From: Eledone cirrhosa
Taxonomy: Eukaryota
Direction: 5' to 3'
Length of the DNA stretch: 64,000 nt
NCBI GenBank assembly: GCA_964016885.1
Contig: OZ024752.1
Coordinates: 5,518,001-5,582,000, forward strand
Part shown: positions 14,150 to 26,675 of the stretch, piece by piece
Position numbering within the stretch: position 1 is the stretch's first letter
Layout: each line of letters starts with the position of its first letter
Position numbers and translations under genes: made by a program
Notes under the pieces: model-generated
Databases searched by the model: none
What the model saw: only the letters and a program-made list of their open reading frames with translations
What the model was told of the DNA's origin: nothing

Positions 14150-14600
14150 TATCTGTTGCAGCGGGTGTCTCTGGGAATTCAGCCCGCGGGGCGCGCCTGA
14201 AACACCACTCAGACTGGGGTGTAGTGTCTGACCATTCCGCAATCGCTTTCTTTCGCTGCATAATTATTTTTTATGTCTTCTTTTCATTTCCTTTTTCTTG
14301 ATTGTTCCCGTTAATAATGTGTTTTGTTTTTGTCTAAACAGCTTCGTAAAATAAAATGTTTCTGATAAAAAAATTAATAAAATTATATGTAGTAATATTT
14401 TGATTTAAGACGAATGAGGTTGTAGAATTGCATTTGCTCCGTGGCTGGCTAGCGATGATAGCTTGGGTGACAACGCGTCTCTTGTTGCCGTGAAATGTCA
14501 ACGTGTTTTTATAGTACACAAAACAATGAATATGATACCGAAAAGTAACTGCACGAAATAATAGGATCAATCACGTTGTTCAGGTGACGTATCTTCTGTG
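14150..14600. promoter_or_regulatory. Candidate BBS2 promoter (CpG-enriched; RFX X-box-like and ZNF143/Staf-like motifs)
   Basis: Non-repeat, CpG-rich patch 1.4-1.8 kb upstream of the ATG. X-box-like GTTGCCGTGAAAT (14484-14496) and GCTTGGGTGACAAC (14461-14474). Minus-strand ACTACACCCCAG and AATTCCCAGA at about 14170-14226. Confidence 0.45.
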
Positions 14601-14829
14601 ATATCGAAATTATTTTATTCTATGTTATGAATGGATGTTGTGTTGTTTAACCCTAGTCAAGCAATGACCGAACAGATTTATTATTAAAGGGGTTCTATCC
14701 GCGACTGTTCCATCTTTTTGTTCTGACATACTGTCTTTCGGACATTATCCAATATTTAGTAATAGTTCGTTTTAAAATAAGAATAGGCTATGTGTGTGCA
14801 TGTAACTAAGTGATTTTAACTTGTTTTTT

Positions 14830-14945
14830 AACAATTGATGGCGGAAAAGATTTCAAATTGTCTTAGCTCAGACCGTAAAAGGCAGCAACTCACGGTGTCT
14901 GACACTCTTATGGGCCTCTTCCTTTAAGATCATAAATAATTTCCG
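14830..14945 (+). other. Candidate non-coding first exon of BBS2 (start uncertain), containing a 29-codon uORF at 14838-14927
   Basis: Strong donor CCG|GTAAGT at 14945/14946 that would pair with the acceptor at 15957. Contains ATG GCG GAA...TAA. Confidence 0.4.
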
Positions 14946-15978
14946 GTAAGTTTTGTAAATGTCCTGCTGATGGTTAGAGTGTGTGGATACCACCAGCTGC
15001 CAAACCACCGTAGCCGGCCTTTTTGTTGATCCCAACGCACAACACATTTTTGGATTATTAAGGAGTACTAGATACTTCCCCTAGTGTCATGGCTTACTGG
15101 CTCTATACGGACGAGTGACTAACACACAACACGTACAAACACAATAGAAGTGACATGGAACAGAGTGAAACAAAAATGTGTGATTGTCAACAGGTGCGTG
15201 GCCTAGTGGTGTGTTGGACTTACGATCATAATGTCATGGGTTCGATTCATGAACTGTGTTGTGTACTTGAGCAAAACATTTCATTTAACTTTGTTCAAGT
15301 ATATTCACCTGAAAATGAGTACCAGCAATAGCTGGGGGTTTAACCCTGCGATGGACTGGTGTCCTCTCCAGGAGGATGTCTTGTATTCCCAGTTGCTCCA
15401 TGGAAACAGGGGTAAGCACCGGCTTGATGAGCCTTCAGGGATGAGACAGATTTTAGATTTTAATCATACTTTCAGGAATTTAGCTGGTACACTAACCATT
15501 AACACAACACGTTCATGCAATTTTAAAAAATAAATCAGACTCTACTACCCTTTAATCTAAATTTTATCTTTTTTTGTTTGTTTTATATTAAATTACACTA
15601 TTTTAATTAATTTTATTCGATTGTTTTTATTTTCACTCACTCAAATTACGAGTCTGTGATCTTAAAATATAGGGAGCAAACAGCTTAAGTATGATCAGAC
15701 CGTTTAAGCTGCTTAATAATAAACCCCTCTACACACAGAAAAAGAAACGTTTCATACTAATATATGTATATATATATATTAAAAAATGCTTGAAATCTTT
15801 GGTGTAGTTAGGTATATTTGAAAAAAAGAAAAGAATGACTTCACTTGTTGATGTTCTAAATAATTTAATTGTATATATTTGTCATGGCACCACCACTAGT
15901 TCCTTACAGTGTGCAGTAAAACCATATATCTTTATTTGTGTCTACACTATTTCACAGGTTCATTATTTACATCACAAA

Positions 15979-16095
15979 ATGTTGATTCCAGTATTCTCAT
16001 TGAAATTAAACCTGAAGATACGACCTCGTCTGGTAACTATTGGTAATTATTTTGGCAACTACCCAGCATTAACTTGTGCCACAAGTGGAGGGAAG
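15979..16095 (+). CDS. BBS2: BBS2 coding exon 1 ([39 protein letters not shown])
   Basis: Matches the BBS2 N-terminus (human [22 protein letters not shown]...ATQTGK). 117 nt, AAG|GTAACT donor. The upstream acceptor ttcacag (15957) implies a separate 5' UTR exon. Confidence 0.95.
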
Positions 16096-16254
16096 GTAAC
16101 TATGAAAATATTCTTTTAGTTCTTTGCTCTCCATATTTCCAATGTAACTATTATTTTCTTCTTTGTGTGTGTGTGCTTAACTTCTGATGGAGTTGTAGGG
16201 ACACCATCATGGCATATCTTGTACATCATGAAACTGCATTAGCAAGACATTCTT

Positions 16255-16760
16255 CTTCTTTGCCCATTTATTCCTGAGAGGGTCGTAGGGGCAGAGTCCT
16301 CAAACACTCCCTCCAGCAGGTCCTGTCAGAAGCAACAGTTTCCAACTGATCCGGCTGGATCCCCAAGCATGACCAGCCAAGCTCATAGATGTTATCCAAC
16401 CATCTTGCTCGGGGTTTACTCCTGGGTCTCCTACCGGTTGGTTTTGCCTATAAAATCTGTCCAGCAATTCTTTCCTGAGACATTCTAATGACATGCCCAT
16501 AATATCGGAGCTGCGATCTCTCAATTCAGCTATGTAGTGGCTCTACCTGGTGTGATGTTTTGATCTCTGAGCTACACACTTTATCAAGTAATATTACTCC
16601 AAAGACCCTCCAACACTTGTATTCATGATTGTATTCTTTCAGTCATTACCCAAGATTCATGACCATAGGTAAATGTTGGCATGAAAACCGAATTGAAGGC
16701 AGCGAGTTTGGCTTTTACGCCTACCACCCTTCTTCTGATTACTGAATGCTGAAGACATTC
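16255..16760 (-). mobile_element. Degenerate RTE LINE 3' fragment (related copy at 18200-18430 +)
   Basis: RP.RWLDNIYELGWSCLGIQ...LETVASDRTCW-type C-terminus with (gaa)n tail, shared by both loci. Confidence 0.7.
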
Positions 16761-18693
16761 CTGATAAGTAAAAATACCACTATGAATGACTGTATCACAT
16801 TGAAAGTTTTTACACTAATGCTACAAATTTTCACAATGATCTTTCTCCTGGTAAACAAACTATAAATACTTGAATTATCAAACTTGTTTTTATGTATTTT
16901 CTGCTAAATTAGTGCTGGATTTTAAGAGTTAAATATGATGGAGCCAGCCTATGTCTCTCCAGGCTGAAACACAACCAATTTCCTGCAGAGAAATAGAGAT
17001 GTAAATGAAGAGTTAGCTCTCGTACTGAACTGCTACTTTATTTATTGACCTCAAGAGGATGAAAGGCAGAGTTTGCTTTGATGGGATCGGAACTGAAAGT
17101 GTAAGAAATAGGAACACACCCTGTAAAGCATTCTATCCAACATTTTAACAACTCTGGCTCTTCACTACCTTTATTTTTCTACATTATTTTAATGGTTTGA
17201 TTTGGAGTAAGGGGCTATGCCAATGGTCTTCAGAGGTGCCTGGTGAAACTGATATGGTTGATGTTTTCCTTGAAGAAAGGCCTACTGGGAGCCAATTCCA
17301 ATAGGATGGTTGATGTTCTGGGGAGGAAATATTGAGTGAAAATTGAACATAGTGTTGTGGGGCCTGGGTTGGGTAGCCGCAATACGGAAAACAAGAAGAC
17401 GAGAGATGTGTAAGCTAGGTGGGCTTGTTGTGAAGATGTCATAAGACCAGCCAGCTTCATGAGGTAGAGGCCACTGTAATTGGTGTAGAAGAGATAGGGT
17501 AAGGATATTAGATGTCTGCTGTGTGTTAGAGGTTTGGGTGTATTGGTTAGCAAATCCATATAAATCATTTGGATTGATGTAATTTAGGATGTTTGTATGT
17601 GTACGAGCAATATTCTTCTTGATGTAGGAACAGTATTCCAAAGTGGGTTTCTCTTGAGCATTGTTGAGTTACCATAGCAAGAACCACTCTGGTAGGCTTG
17701 AATGCTTAGAAACAACCCATAGATCCACTTTACACTCTTTTATATTTTCTCTCCATTATCTTAATGACTGTAAAATAAGCTAGAAGCTAGAGTTTATTGC
17801 TTTAATTATCATCATTTCTATGTCCACTTTTCCATGCTACTATGGGTTAGATAAGACCTTTTGAGGCAGTATTTTTTATGGAGAGATGCCCTTCTTGATG
17901 CTAATCCATAAGTTATTTTTAAATACGGTATGTAGTATATACCACTATGTTGTGGGACATATTGTTTATGCAGGACATAAACAACAATATTGTTTATTTA
18001 ATTCTAGTTTTGCTTTTTGTTTATAAATTGCACACAGTTACTCTGTAAAGTGGCTGGCATTTGGAAGAGTTTCCAGCCATAAAAACCATGCCAAAATGTG
18101 GAACATATGAACAGGACTTTTTTAGCTGACTTGGAACATGATGACTCATCCAAATAGACAGAAAATGATGATGACATTTAACCTTTTTGTAACATGGGGT
18201 TAGAATGTCTCAGGAAAGAATTGCTGGACAGATTTTACGGGTAAAAACCAACCAGCAAGAGACCCAGAGATAGACCTCAAACAAAATGGTTGGATAACAT
18301 CCATGAGCTTGGCTGGTCTCAGTTGGGGATCCAGTCGGATCAGTTGGAGACAGTTGTTTCTGACAGGACCAAGTAGAAAACATGTTTAAGGACTCTGTCA
18401 TGATCCTCCCAAGAATAAGTGGGTGAAGAAGAGAGAAGTAACCAAAACCCCTGAAACTACTTCTGATTCTGTGATACAAAAATGTTTATTTTAAAATGTT
18501 TATATTTATCTTAAAACCTTCATCATAATTTTATTTAAGAACCTTTGTAAAGTTATATTTCAAACACTAGTTTAATAATGAGAAAGTTATAACTATAAAT
18601 CTCTTCAACTTCTTGATTATTTTCAAAATTATTTGAAAATCATCAGTAGTGTTAGTAACAAAAGAGTCGAAATTTGTATTTTTTGCTGTCTAG

Positions 18694-18912
18694 GTATTCA
18701 TTCATACTCCCCACAAAGTGCCAGAAGTATCGAAATATGGAAGTCCAAATCCGGGTGGTGAAGTCTCTCTACTGAATATTAACCAGAAGATTTTTTCCTT
18801 GTGTGCTGGCCACTTGAACCCATCACTAGCATACGATGTATTGATGATAGGAACTGAAAATAACCTGCTGGCTTATGATGTCTTCAGAAACACTGATCTT
18901 TTTTACCGAGAA
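18694..18912 (+). CDS. BBS2: BBS2 coding exon 2 (VFIHTPH...LLAYDVFRNTDLFYRE)
   Basis: tag|GTA acceptor, GAA|gtaagt donor, 219 nt, phase 0. BBS2 motifs VSLLNINQ and GTENNLLAYDV. Confidence 0.95.
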
Positions 18913-19447
18913 GTAAGTTTGTTACTATTTCTGCATTGTATTTCCTAGTAAAGTGCTAATGAAGGTGGTGGTGTGTGGCCTAATGATAAGGTTGTTGGAC
19001 TTATGATCATAATGTCATGGGTTTGATTCCCGGACTGGGTTGTAATCCTGTGAAGGACTGGCGTCTTATCCAGGGGGAATCACGTACTCTCAGTTGCTTC
19101 ATACCACAGAAATCAGGATAAGTACTGGCCTGATGAGCCTCTGAGCTTGAGACAGATTTTAGACTTTTTGTGCAAACGCAGAGGGGTATGTGACTATACT
19201 GAAGAGGATGATGTATGCTGCATATGTATAGAAGTAACATGATTTATGGCAAATATATATAGGGTTTATGAACGTGGAGCACCAGAGAAGTACTTGACTG
19301 TACCCCCCTCCCCCCTGAAAGGTGAAAAGCAAAGTTGACCTCAGTGGGATTTGAAATCAGAGCGTAAAGAGCTGGAACAAATGGTCAAGGCATTTTGTCC
19401 ACTATTCTAATGATCCTAATCCTCTGACCGAATAATGATGATATTGA

Positions 19448-19895
19448 TAATAATTGTTTCTACTTTTGGCACAAGGCCAGCAATTACCCAGTGCATTACT
19501 GGTACTTTATTTTATCGACCCCGTAAGGATGAAAGGCAAAGTTAACCTCGACGGGATTTGAACTCAGACCATAAAGGGACGTAACTATGCTGGAAAGCAT
19601 GGCGTCCGACCCTCTATCGATACTGCCAATTCACCGCCATTCACCATGTTGCTGTATTAAAAGAAAAATGGTTGGATGTCAACTAGATGACAAATGACTA
19701 ATTATTAATAATTGTTTCTACTTTTGGCACAAGGCCAGCAATTACCCAGTACATTACTGGTACTTTATTTTATCGACCCGTAAGGATGAAAGGCAAAGTT
19801 AACCTCGGCGGGATTTGAACTCAGAATGGCAAGGGGCGTAACTCTATGCTAGAAAGCATGGTGTCCGACCCTCTACCGATACTGCCAATCCACCA
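19448..19895 (-). mobile_element. Two tandem copies of a tRNA-derived SINE (also at 2514-2672 +, 25742-25921 +, partial 11840-11916)
   Basis: Shared attggcagtatcggtagagggtcggacgcc...gagttcaaatcccgccgaggttaactttgcctttcatcc...gtagaaacaattatt. Confidence 0.85.
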
Positions 19896-19974
19896 ATAAT
19901 AATAATAATTGTTTCTGATTTAGGCCAACAACTTTGGAGGAAATGGAAAGTTGATTAAATTCACCCCAGTACAT

Positions 19975-20250
19975 TAAGTGAAGATGGCATGACTATTTGG
20001 GATGTGAGAGGGTAATGTGAAAGTGATACCAGTTGTTATCTGGGCATTAGGATCAATCCCATTGAAACTCCATGACATCTTAAAGCTGTTGGGAATACTA
20101 TGCAAGATTGGTGTCATACAAAAATCCATCTTGCTAGACACAGTGCACATTTTAAGGAAAGTATTATCTATCTGATATCCTTGTTGTGACTTGACAGATG
20201 ACTAAATACTCCGCTGCATTTTCCATCTACACACCATGATAAAGTAATAA
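19975..20250 (+). mobile_element. R4/Dong-like RLE-domain 3' fragment
   Basis: VIPVVIWALGSIP...QKSILLDTVHILRKVL, typical of a restriction-like endonuclease C-terminus. Confidence 0.65.
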
Positions 20251-20292
20251 TAATTTGATGATGAACCAGACTATTGAGGATCATGTTTTTAT

Positions 20293-23030
20293 TCATCATC
20301 ATCATCATCATTTTACGTCTGCTTTTCCCTGCTTGCAAGGGTTGGACAGGTCCTATTCAGCACAGCAACTCTACTGGGATTTCTTGGTACTTCTTTACCC
20401 AACGGTCATCCTCTGTGCGCATCACATGTCCATATCATCTCAGCCTTCTCTCCTGCACACCACAACTTATCCCTCTTATACCCAGTTTCTTTCTCAACTC
20501 GTCTATGCTTGGTCGTTCACGCACATCCAACAGAGCATACTTGCTTGATTTCTCTCCAGCTGTCGCATTTCCTCTGCAGTTGCTGCCCATGTCTCACTAC
20601 CATGCAGCATCACGCATCTCACACAGGTATCATATAACCGGCCTATTGTACGCAGGGAGAAACCCTTCTTTGTCAACAAAGGAAGCAGCTCCCTAAACTT
20701 TTTTCAACCCATCCTTATTCTAGATACTATGACCTCGGAACACCTCCCTCCCATGCTAATCTGATCACCTAGGTACCGGAAGCTATCAACCACTTCTATA
20801 GAACCCACCTGCATTGGAAAAATGTGTCTATCACTGTGATTACTACTGCCAACTTTCCCTGTACATCTACTGCATACGTAGTTTTCCCTACCTGTTAGTT
20901 TGCCTGCTATCCCACTACATCTCTTGTGTACCCAAGATCTGCATTGCGTACATTTTATGGAATTTATGCCAGTTTCTTTCCTACATGTCGAACATGGCCA
21001 TTTCCCTGATGGAATCAGAGTATTGTCCTCCCTTCTACTTATCAACACCTTTGTCTTAGCTAGGTTCACTCTCAGTCATCTTGATTCCAACTGCTGTTTC
21101 CATAGCCAGAATTTATTCTCTAGTTCCTCTACTGATTCTGCTATAAGAGCCAGATCGTCAGCATAGAGAAGTTCCCATGGGCATCCAGTCTTAAACTCCT
21201 CTGTTATGGCTTGGAGGACTATAATGAACAAGAGCGGGCTGAGGACCGAACCCTGATGTATACCTACTTGTATCTGGAATTCCTCACTAAACTCCATTCT
21301 ACCCTCACTTTACTGACAGCACCCCTGTAAATAGCTTGCACTGCCCTCACAAGCCATTCCTCTACACCTAGTTTCCTTAGGGACCACCAGATGACAGATC
21401 GGGGTACCCTATCAAAGGCCTTCTCTAGGTCAACAAAAGCTAAGTATAGTGGGTTATTCTTCTCTAAGAACTTCTCTTGTAGTTGCCTCACTAAGAAGAG
21501 GGTATCTGTTGTACTTTTCCGAGGCACAAAACCAAACTGCATCTCATCTAATTTGACCCTTTCTCTTATCAGTTGCGCTAATATTCTCTCTGCCACTTTC
21601 ATAACCTGATCCATCAGCTTTATGCCCCTATAATTGCTCCTCTCTAGAGCATCCCCTTTATCTTTGTAGCAATTTATGAGAATACTGCTGGACCAGTCTT
21701 TGGGTATGACACCACCATATATAGCTTGATTGATGATGTGTGCAACCAGTTTAATGCCTACGTCCCCTGATGCCTTCAGCATCTCAGCAACTATTCCCAA
21801 TGGTCCAGCAGCCTTACCATTTTTCATTTCTTTAATTGCCTCTTGTACCCTATATTCGTCAACCTCAATAGCTGGTCCCTCTGTTGGGTCTACTGGGGGT
21901 AATTTCTCTCTGTCCCATTCATTCTCCACATTCATCAGTCTCTCATAGTGACATTTCCAGGCCCCCTTTTTTTGATCATTCGTGACACTAAGTACACTGG
22001 CATCATTCCGGACACATTTATCTCCAATCCTTGCAATGCGGAACACCGCACGTCTCTGATCTTCCCGTCGCAGAACATTGGCAAACCTCCTACTCTCAGC
22101 CTCCCTGCGTGCTAAGTACACCTGACATCTAGCTTCTCTCCTAGCGGCTAGGTATCCTTCCCTACTCCCACCCTTTTTCCAAGCCTTCCATGCCAGTCTT
22201 TTGTCTCTAATGGCCCTATCTACCCTGCTGTTTCACCACCAGGTCACTCTCTGTCTGGTTGAAGCTCTGCCCCAACGACAAGTTTCTTCAGTAGCCTGCA
22301 GTAAGTTGTCACATAAGAAATTCCAGTTATCATCTATGTCATACAACTCTAAATCGTCTTCTTTTTCGTCATACACGTCTTGAAGGGTTTTGCTAAATTT
22401 ATATTTTAATGAAAGGTCTTTTAGCTTCCAAACCTTTCTTTTCCACACCTTCCTGTATGTCTCATTTTTTCTCATGCTTACTGAGATGTCACTAACAACT
22501 AACCTATGCTGTGGGGTACATTCTTCCCCAGGGTATGCCTTAGTATTTGACACCATCTGTCTGTCTCGCTGCCTAACTAGCAGGAAGTCAATCTGACTTA
22601 TGTGCTCGCCTGATTTGTAGGTTATTAGGTGGTTGGTAGGTTTCTGGAAGTTAGTGTTACAAATGATTAGTGCATTTGCATCAGTAGTGAAGCAGTCGTC
22701 CTCCATGCGCATCACATGTCCATACCATCGCAGTCTTCTCTCCCGCACACTACAACTTATCCCTCTTATACACAGTTTCTCTCTCAACTCATCTATGCTT
22801 GGTCGTTCACGCACACTGACATTGCACATCCAACGGAAAATGCTTGCTTTATTTCTCTTCAGCCGTCGCATATCCTCTGCAGTTACTGCCCATGTCGCAC
22901 TACCATGCAGGTTTGCACATCTCACACAGGCATCATATAACCAGCCTTTTGTACACAGGAAGAAACCTTTCTTTGTCAACAGAGGAAGCAGCTCCCTAAA
23001 CTTCTTCCAACCTGTCATTATTCTAGAATA
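20293..23030 (-). mobile_element. RTE LINE (PHD-bearing family), rearranged, with (GAT)n tail
   Basis: ORFs 22233-23018, 21264-22121, 21076-21297 and 20704-21069 with FVDLEKAFD, QGSVLSP, YADD and PHD motifs. (cat)n at 20293. Confidence 0.92.
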
Positions 23031-23332
23031 AGAGTATCTAGAATAAGAATATATATATAGTAATAATAATAATAATAATTGTTTCTACTTTTGGCACAAG
23101 GACAGCAATTATCCCAGTGTATTATTGGTACTTAATAATAAATGTGAAGACTAAAATCCAAAGAGGGCTAGATAAGGATAAATATATATCAAATATATAA
23201 GAACCCTAGAGCAAATATTTATTAAAATAACAGATTTAGTTTCAGAAGATCCCATTAAGGGTAAAAGCAGCGATTCTTTGCTTAAACTTTAATCTGTTAT
23301 TTTAATAAATATATCTATCTCTATCTCTCTCG

Positions 23333-23367
<35 letters not shown>

Positions 23368-23479
23368 ATTTGTTGAATTTTCACTCCGAAACTGGATACC
23401 AACCCGGAGTATAACTGAACTTCCACCAGGAAATCTTTCATATCATTGAAATTTTCTTTGCTTCTTATATATATATAAG

Positions 23480-24100
23480 TTATGTTGGTGCCACAACATC
23501 CAGGCCGAAACAAATGAGATCGTGTAGGTGTCATGACAAAAAAACACACAGTCCACGCTGTAATGTGACCGTGTAGGCAACACGGTAAAAACCTCCCAGC
23601 CCCACACTGTAAATGTGGTTGGTGTTAGGAAGGGCATCCAGCTGTAGAAAACCCGCCAGACAGTCCACGCTGTAAATGTGGCCGTGTAGGCAACACGGTA
23701 AAAACCTCCCAGCCCCACACTGTAAATGTGGTTGGTGTTAGGAAGGGTATCCAGCTGTAGAAAACCCGCCAGACAGTCCACGCTGTAAATGTGGCCATGT
23801 AGGCAACACGGTAAAAACCTCCCAGCCCCACACTGTAAATGTGGTTGGTGTTAGGAAGGGTATCCAGCTGTAGAAAACCCGCCAGACAGTCCACGCTGTA
23901 AATGTGGCCGTGTAGGCAACACGGTAAAAACCTCCCAGCCCCACACTGTAAATGTGGTTGGTGTTAGGAAGGGCATCCAGCTGTAGAAAACCCGCCAGAC
24001 AGTCCTATGCGAGCAAGACAATCACTCTTGCCTCAAGTGGGAAAACCCCCGTCCAAACCCATGCAAGCGTGGAACACGGACGTTAAACGTTGATGATGAT
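23480..24100 (+). repeat. RTE 3' UTR fragment with a 113-bp unit repeated four times
   Basis: Unit starts at 23551, 23663, 23776 and 23889 (next at 24002). The single-unit version is at 44101-44400 (-). Confidence 0.9.
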
Positions 24101-24197
24101 ATACAATAGTAATAACAATAAATTTGAAGACTAAATCCAAAGAGGGCTCGATAAGGATAAATATATATCAAATATATAAGAACCGTAGAGCAAATAT

Positions 24198-24320
24198 TTA
24201 AAATAACAGATTCAAGTTTAAGCAAAGAATCGCTGCTTTCACCCTTAATGGGATCTTCAGAAGATCCCGTTAAGGGTGAAAGCAGTGATTCTTTGCTTAA
24301 ACTTTAATCTGTTATTTTAA
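24198..24320. repeat. 123-bp near-perfect palindrome centred at 24259
   Basis: ttaaaataacagatt...gggatcttc-a-gaagatccc...aatctgttattttaa. A partially deleted copy lies at 23220-23305. Confidence 0.9.
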
Positions 24321-24473
24321 TAAATATATCTATACATACTTAGGTTAATAGGAGTTAGGTATTGTATACCCGTGTCCCATTAAGGTATTGGCAGTATAAT
24401 AATTAGCTCTATGCTTTGGAGCAGAGCCGTATATATGAAAAAGAACACAAGAGCGTCTACAACATCAAAAGAT

Positions 24474-24533
24474 TTTTATTGGCTTACAATGTTTCTTCCT
24501 TACGTAACCGTAGGATTCGTCAGAGCTATAAAA
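24474..24533 (-). ncRNA. Minimal type I hammerhead motif
   Basis: Minus strand: TTTTATAGCT-CTGACGA-A-TCCTACG-gtta-CGTAAGGA-A-GAAAC-att-GT-A-AGCCAATAAAA. Confidence 0.65.
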
Positions 24534-24732
24534 GGGGTTTGATTGGTGTTATGGACTCTACCAACCACACATTCAAGAACAAAGAGTAAAGAGAGTAAAG
24601 AGCAAAAGTAGGGTACGATAAGTCTAATTTTGGTGCGGGAGGGTGTGGTGTGGGTCCTTGTTTACTAGCTGCGGTCATATTCATTCTCATGTATATATAT
24701 ATGTGTGTGTGTGTTATTTTTTCTTTATTTAG

Positions 24733-24858
24733 CTATCTGATGGTGCTAATGCAATTACTATTGGAAATCTTGGATCAATCCAGAACAAACTTGCCATTGT
24801 TGGTGGCAACTGTTCAATTCAAGGTTTTGACTTTGAAGGCAATGATGTATTTTGGACT
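24733..24858 (+). CDS. BBS2: BBS2 coding exon 3 ([11 protein letters not shown]...[19 protein letters not shown])
   Basis: ttag| acceptor, ACT|gtgagt donor, 126 nt. Matches BBS2 DGANAI...GGNCALQGF...FWT. Confidence 0.95.
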
Positions 24859-25099
24859 GTGAGTAGCATTCTCTTTCTTCATTTATGTATATCTTTGTAT
24901 TTACTGTATCAATTTATTTTTGATAGCATCCTCAACTTATCACTAAATCTGGAGGGAAAGATGTAGGTTTCTGCTGCATGTGTAGGAAATACCATGAATT
25001 ATGAGAGCAAGACATGGGTGATGAACATTAAGAGAAGGCTGGAAAGAATGGAATTGAGGTCTTGTGGATAAAAGAGAGGAAGTTCTTCTTAGTTCTTAG

Positions 25100-25520
25100 G
25101 TTCTTCCACATCGAGCAGTAAGTAGTCACCAACGATCAAGATCAGCAGTGGCTTTTTCGTGTCCATGCCAAGTGATGTTGGCTGCCATCAGGTTTTTTTG
25201 GAATCTTTGTCGCCAGGTGATCCTGGAGCAACCCTGCCTCCAAATGGAGTCCAGTTCATCGTTGTTTTCGAGTGTCATTCATTGGGCAGGTGCAGAATAT
25301 GGCCAGCCAGGTGGCACCGGCACTCCATTACTCGGCCCTCCTCAAGATTTCCTCGTTTTGCACTCGGTCGCGCCAGGATACATGAAGGATCCTTCGCAGG
25401 CACTACTGGTGGAATGTGTTCAGCCATCTCTCTATATTTGCCGTGCTCTTCCAGGTTTCACTTACATAAAGCACTGTTGGTAACATGATGCTGTTGTACA
25501 AGCACAGATTGATCTTGGAA
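25100..25520 (-). mobile_element. Degenerate RTE LINE 3' fragment
   Basis: LYNSIMLPTVLYVSETWKSTANIERWLNTFHQ thumb motif, followed by a GRVAPGSPGDK-type tail. Confidence 0.7.
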
Positions 25521-26137
25521 GACAAACAATTAATTGCAAAAGATAATGGGAATAGAGCCAGTGGTGAATGTTGTGAAGATAAGTGGAACATGATGGTTGG
25601 ATGATGTAAATGAAGAATTATTAAAACGACTGGGTAAGAAAAGTGATGGAAATTAATATAGAAGTAGAGAAAGGAGGCACCAAGAAAGACATGGCTAAAG
25701 ATGGATATCGGGCTTTCCTTATTGTTAACCATTAATGTTATTGGATTGGCAGTATCGGTAGAGGGTCGGACGCCATGCTTTCCAGCATAGTTACGTCCCT
25801 TTACGATCTGAGTTCAAATCCCGCCGAGGTTAACTTTGCCTTTCATCCTTACGGGGTTGATAAAATAAAGTACCAGTAATGTACTGGGTAATTGATGGCC
25901 TTGTGCCAAAAGTAGAAACAATCAATGTTATAATATGAAGTGGAAGTGACATTTATTTTGAAATTAAACTGCAAAAGACTATCAGAGCAATGAATGTCCT
26001 TTGCATGTACTACTTTTAAAATATATTTTCCATATATAGTGTCACAGTGGGACAACTTGTTTAACTCATGCTAGCAGAGAAAATGGAGATTAAACAGTGA
26101 TTATGATGATGATGACATTGATGTTTGACTGTTTCAG

Positions 26138-26200
26138 GTCACTGGAGATAATGTGTGTTCATTGGGATTGGTGGATGTGAACAACAATGGTCTGAAAGAG
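26138..26200 (+). CDS. BBS2: BBS2 coding exon 4 (VTGDNVCSLGLVDVNNNGLKE)
   Basis: ttcag| acceptor, GAG|gtaagg donor, 63 nt, VTGDNV motif. Confidence 0.95.
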
Positions 26201-26387
26201 GTAAGGTAAACAGTAAATATATAAAGTGTTTTTCATTTGGCAATGGTTGACGGTGTCATAGGTTAGACAGGATATCACTTTATGATATCCTATGGGTCAC
26301 ATCTTGTTCATAACTTCCATTTCTGGATGCCCTTCCTAATGCCAACCACCTTATAGGATGGATTGGGTGCTTTTTGTAATTGCATCA

Positions 26388-26675
26388 GTATGACCATCTA
26401 TATACACACATATATATACATATCAACAAACATATATGACCATCTATATACACACACACACATATACATATCAACAAACATATATGACCATCTATATACA
26501 CACACACACATATACATATCAACAAACATCATATATGACTATTTATATACACACACACACATATATATATAACAAACATCATATATGACCATCTATACAC
26601 ACACATATACATATCAACAAACATCATATATGACCATCTATACACACACATATATATATAACAAACATCATATAT
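26388..26675. repeat. Minisatellite of about 43-48 bp, about 6 copies
   Basis: Repeated atatgaccatctatatacacacacatatacatatcaacaaacat. Confidence 0.85.

Noticed and set aside
14161-14245. RNase P, tRNA or HDV-ribozyme-like RNA
   Set aside because: Only a short GAATTCCCAGAGA resemblance and two small hairpins. No CR-I/CR-V, cloverleaf or nested pseudoknot could be built.
17230-17680. ORFs 17230-17568 and 17282-17641 as a nested gene
   Set aside because: No recognisable domain or splice structure; more likely a decayed retroelement remnant.
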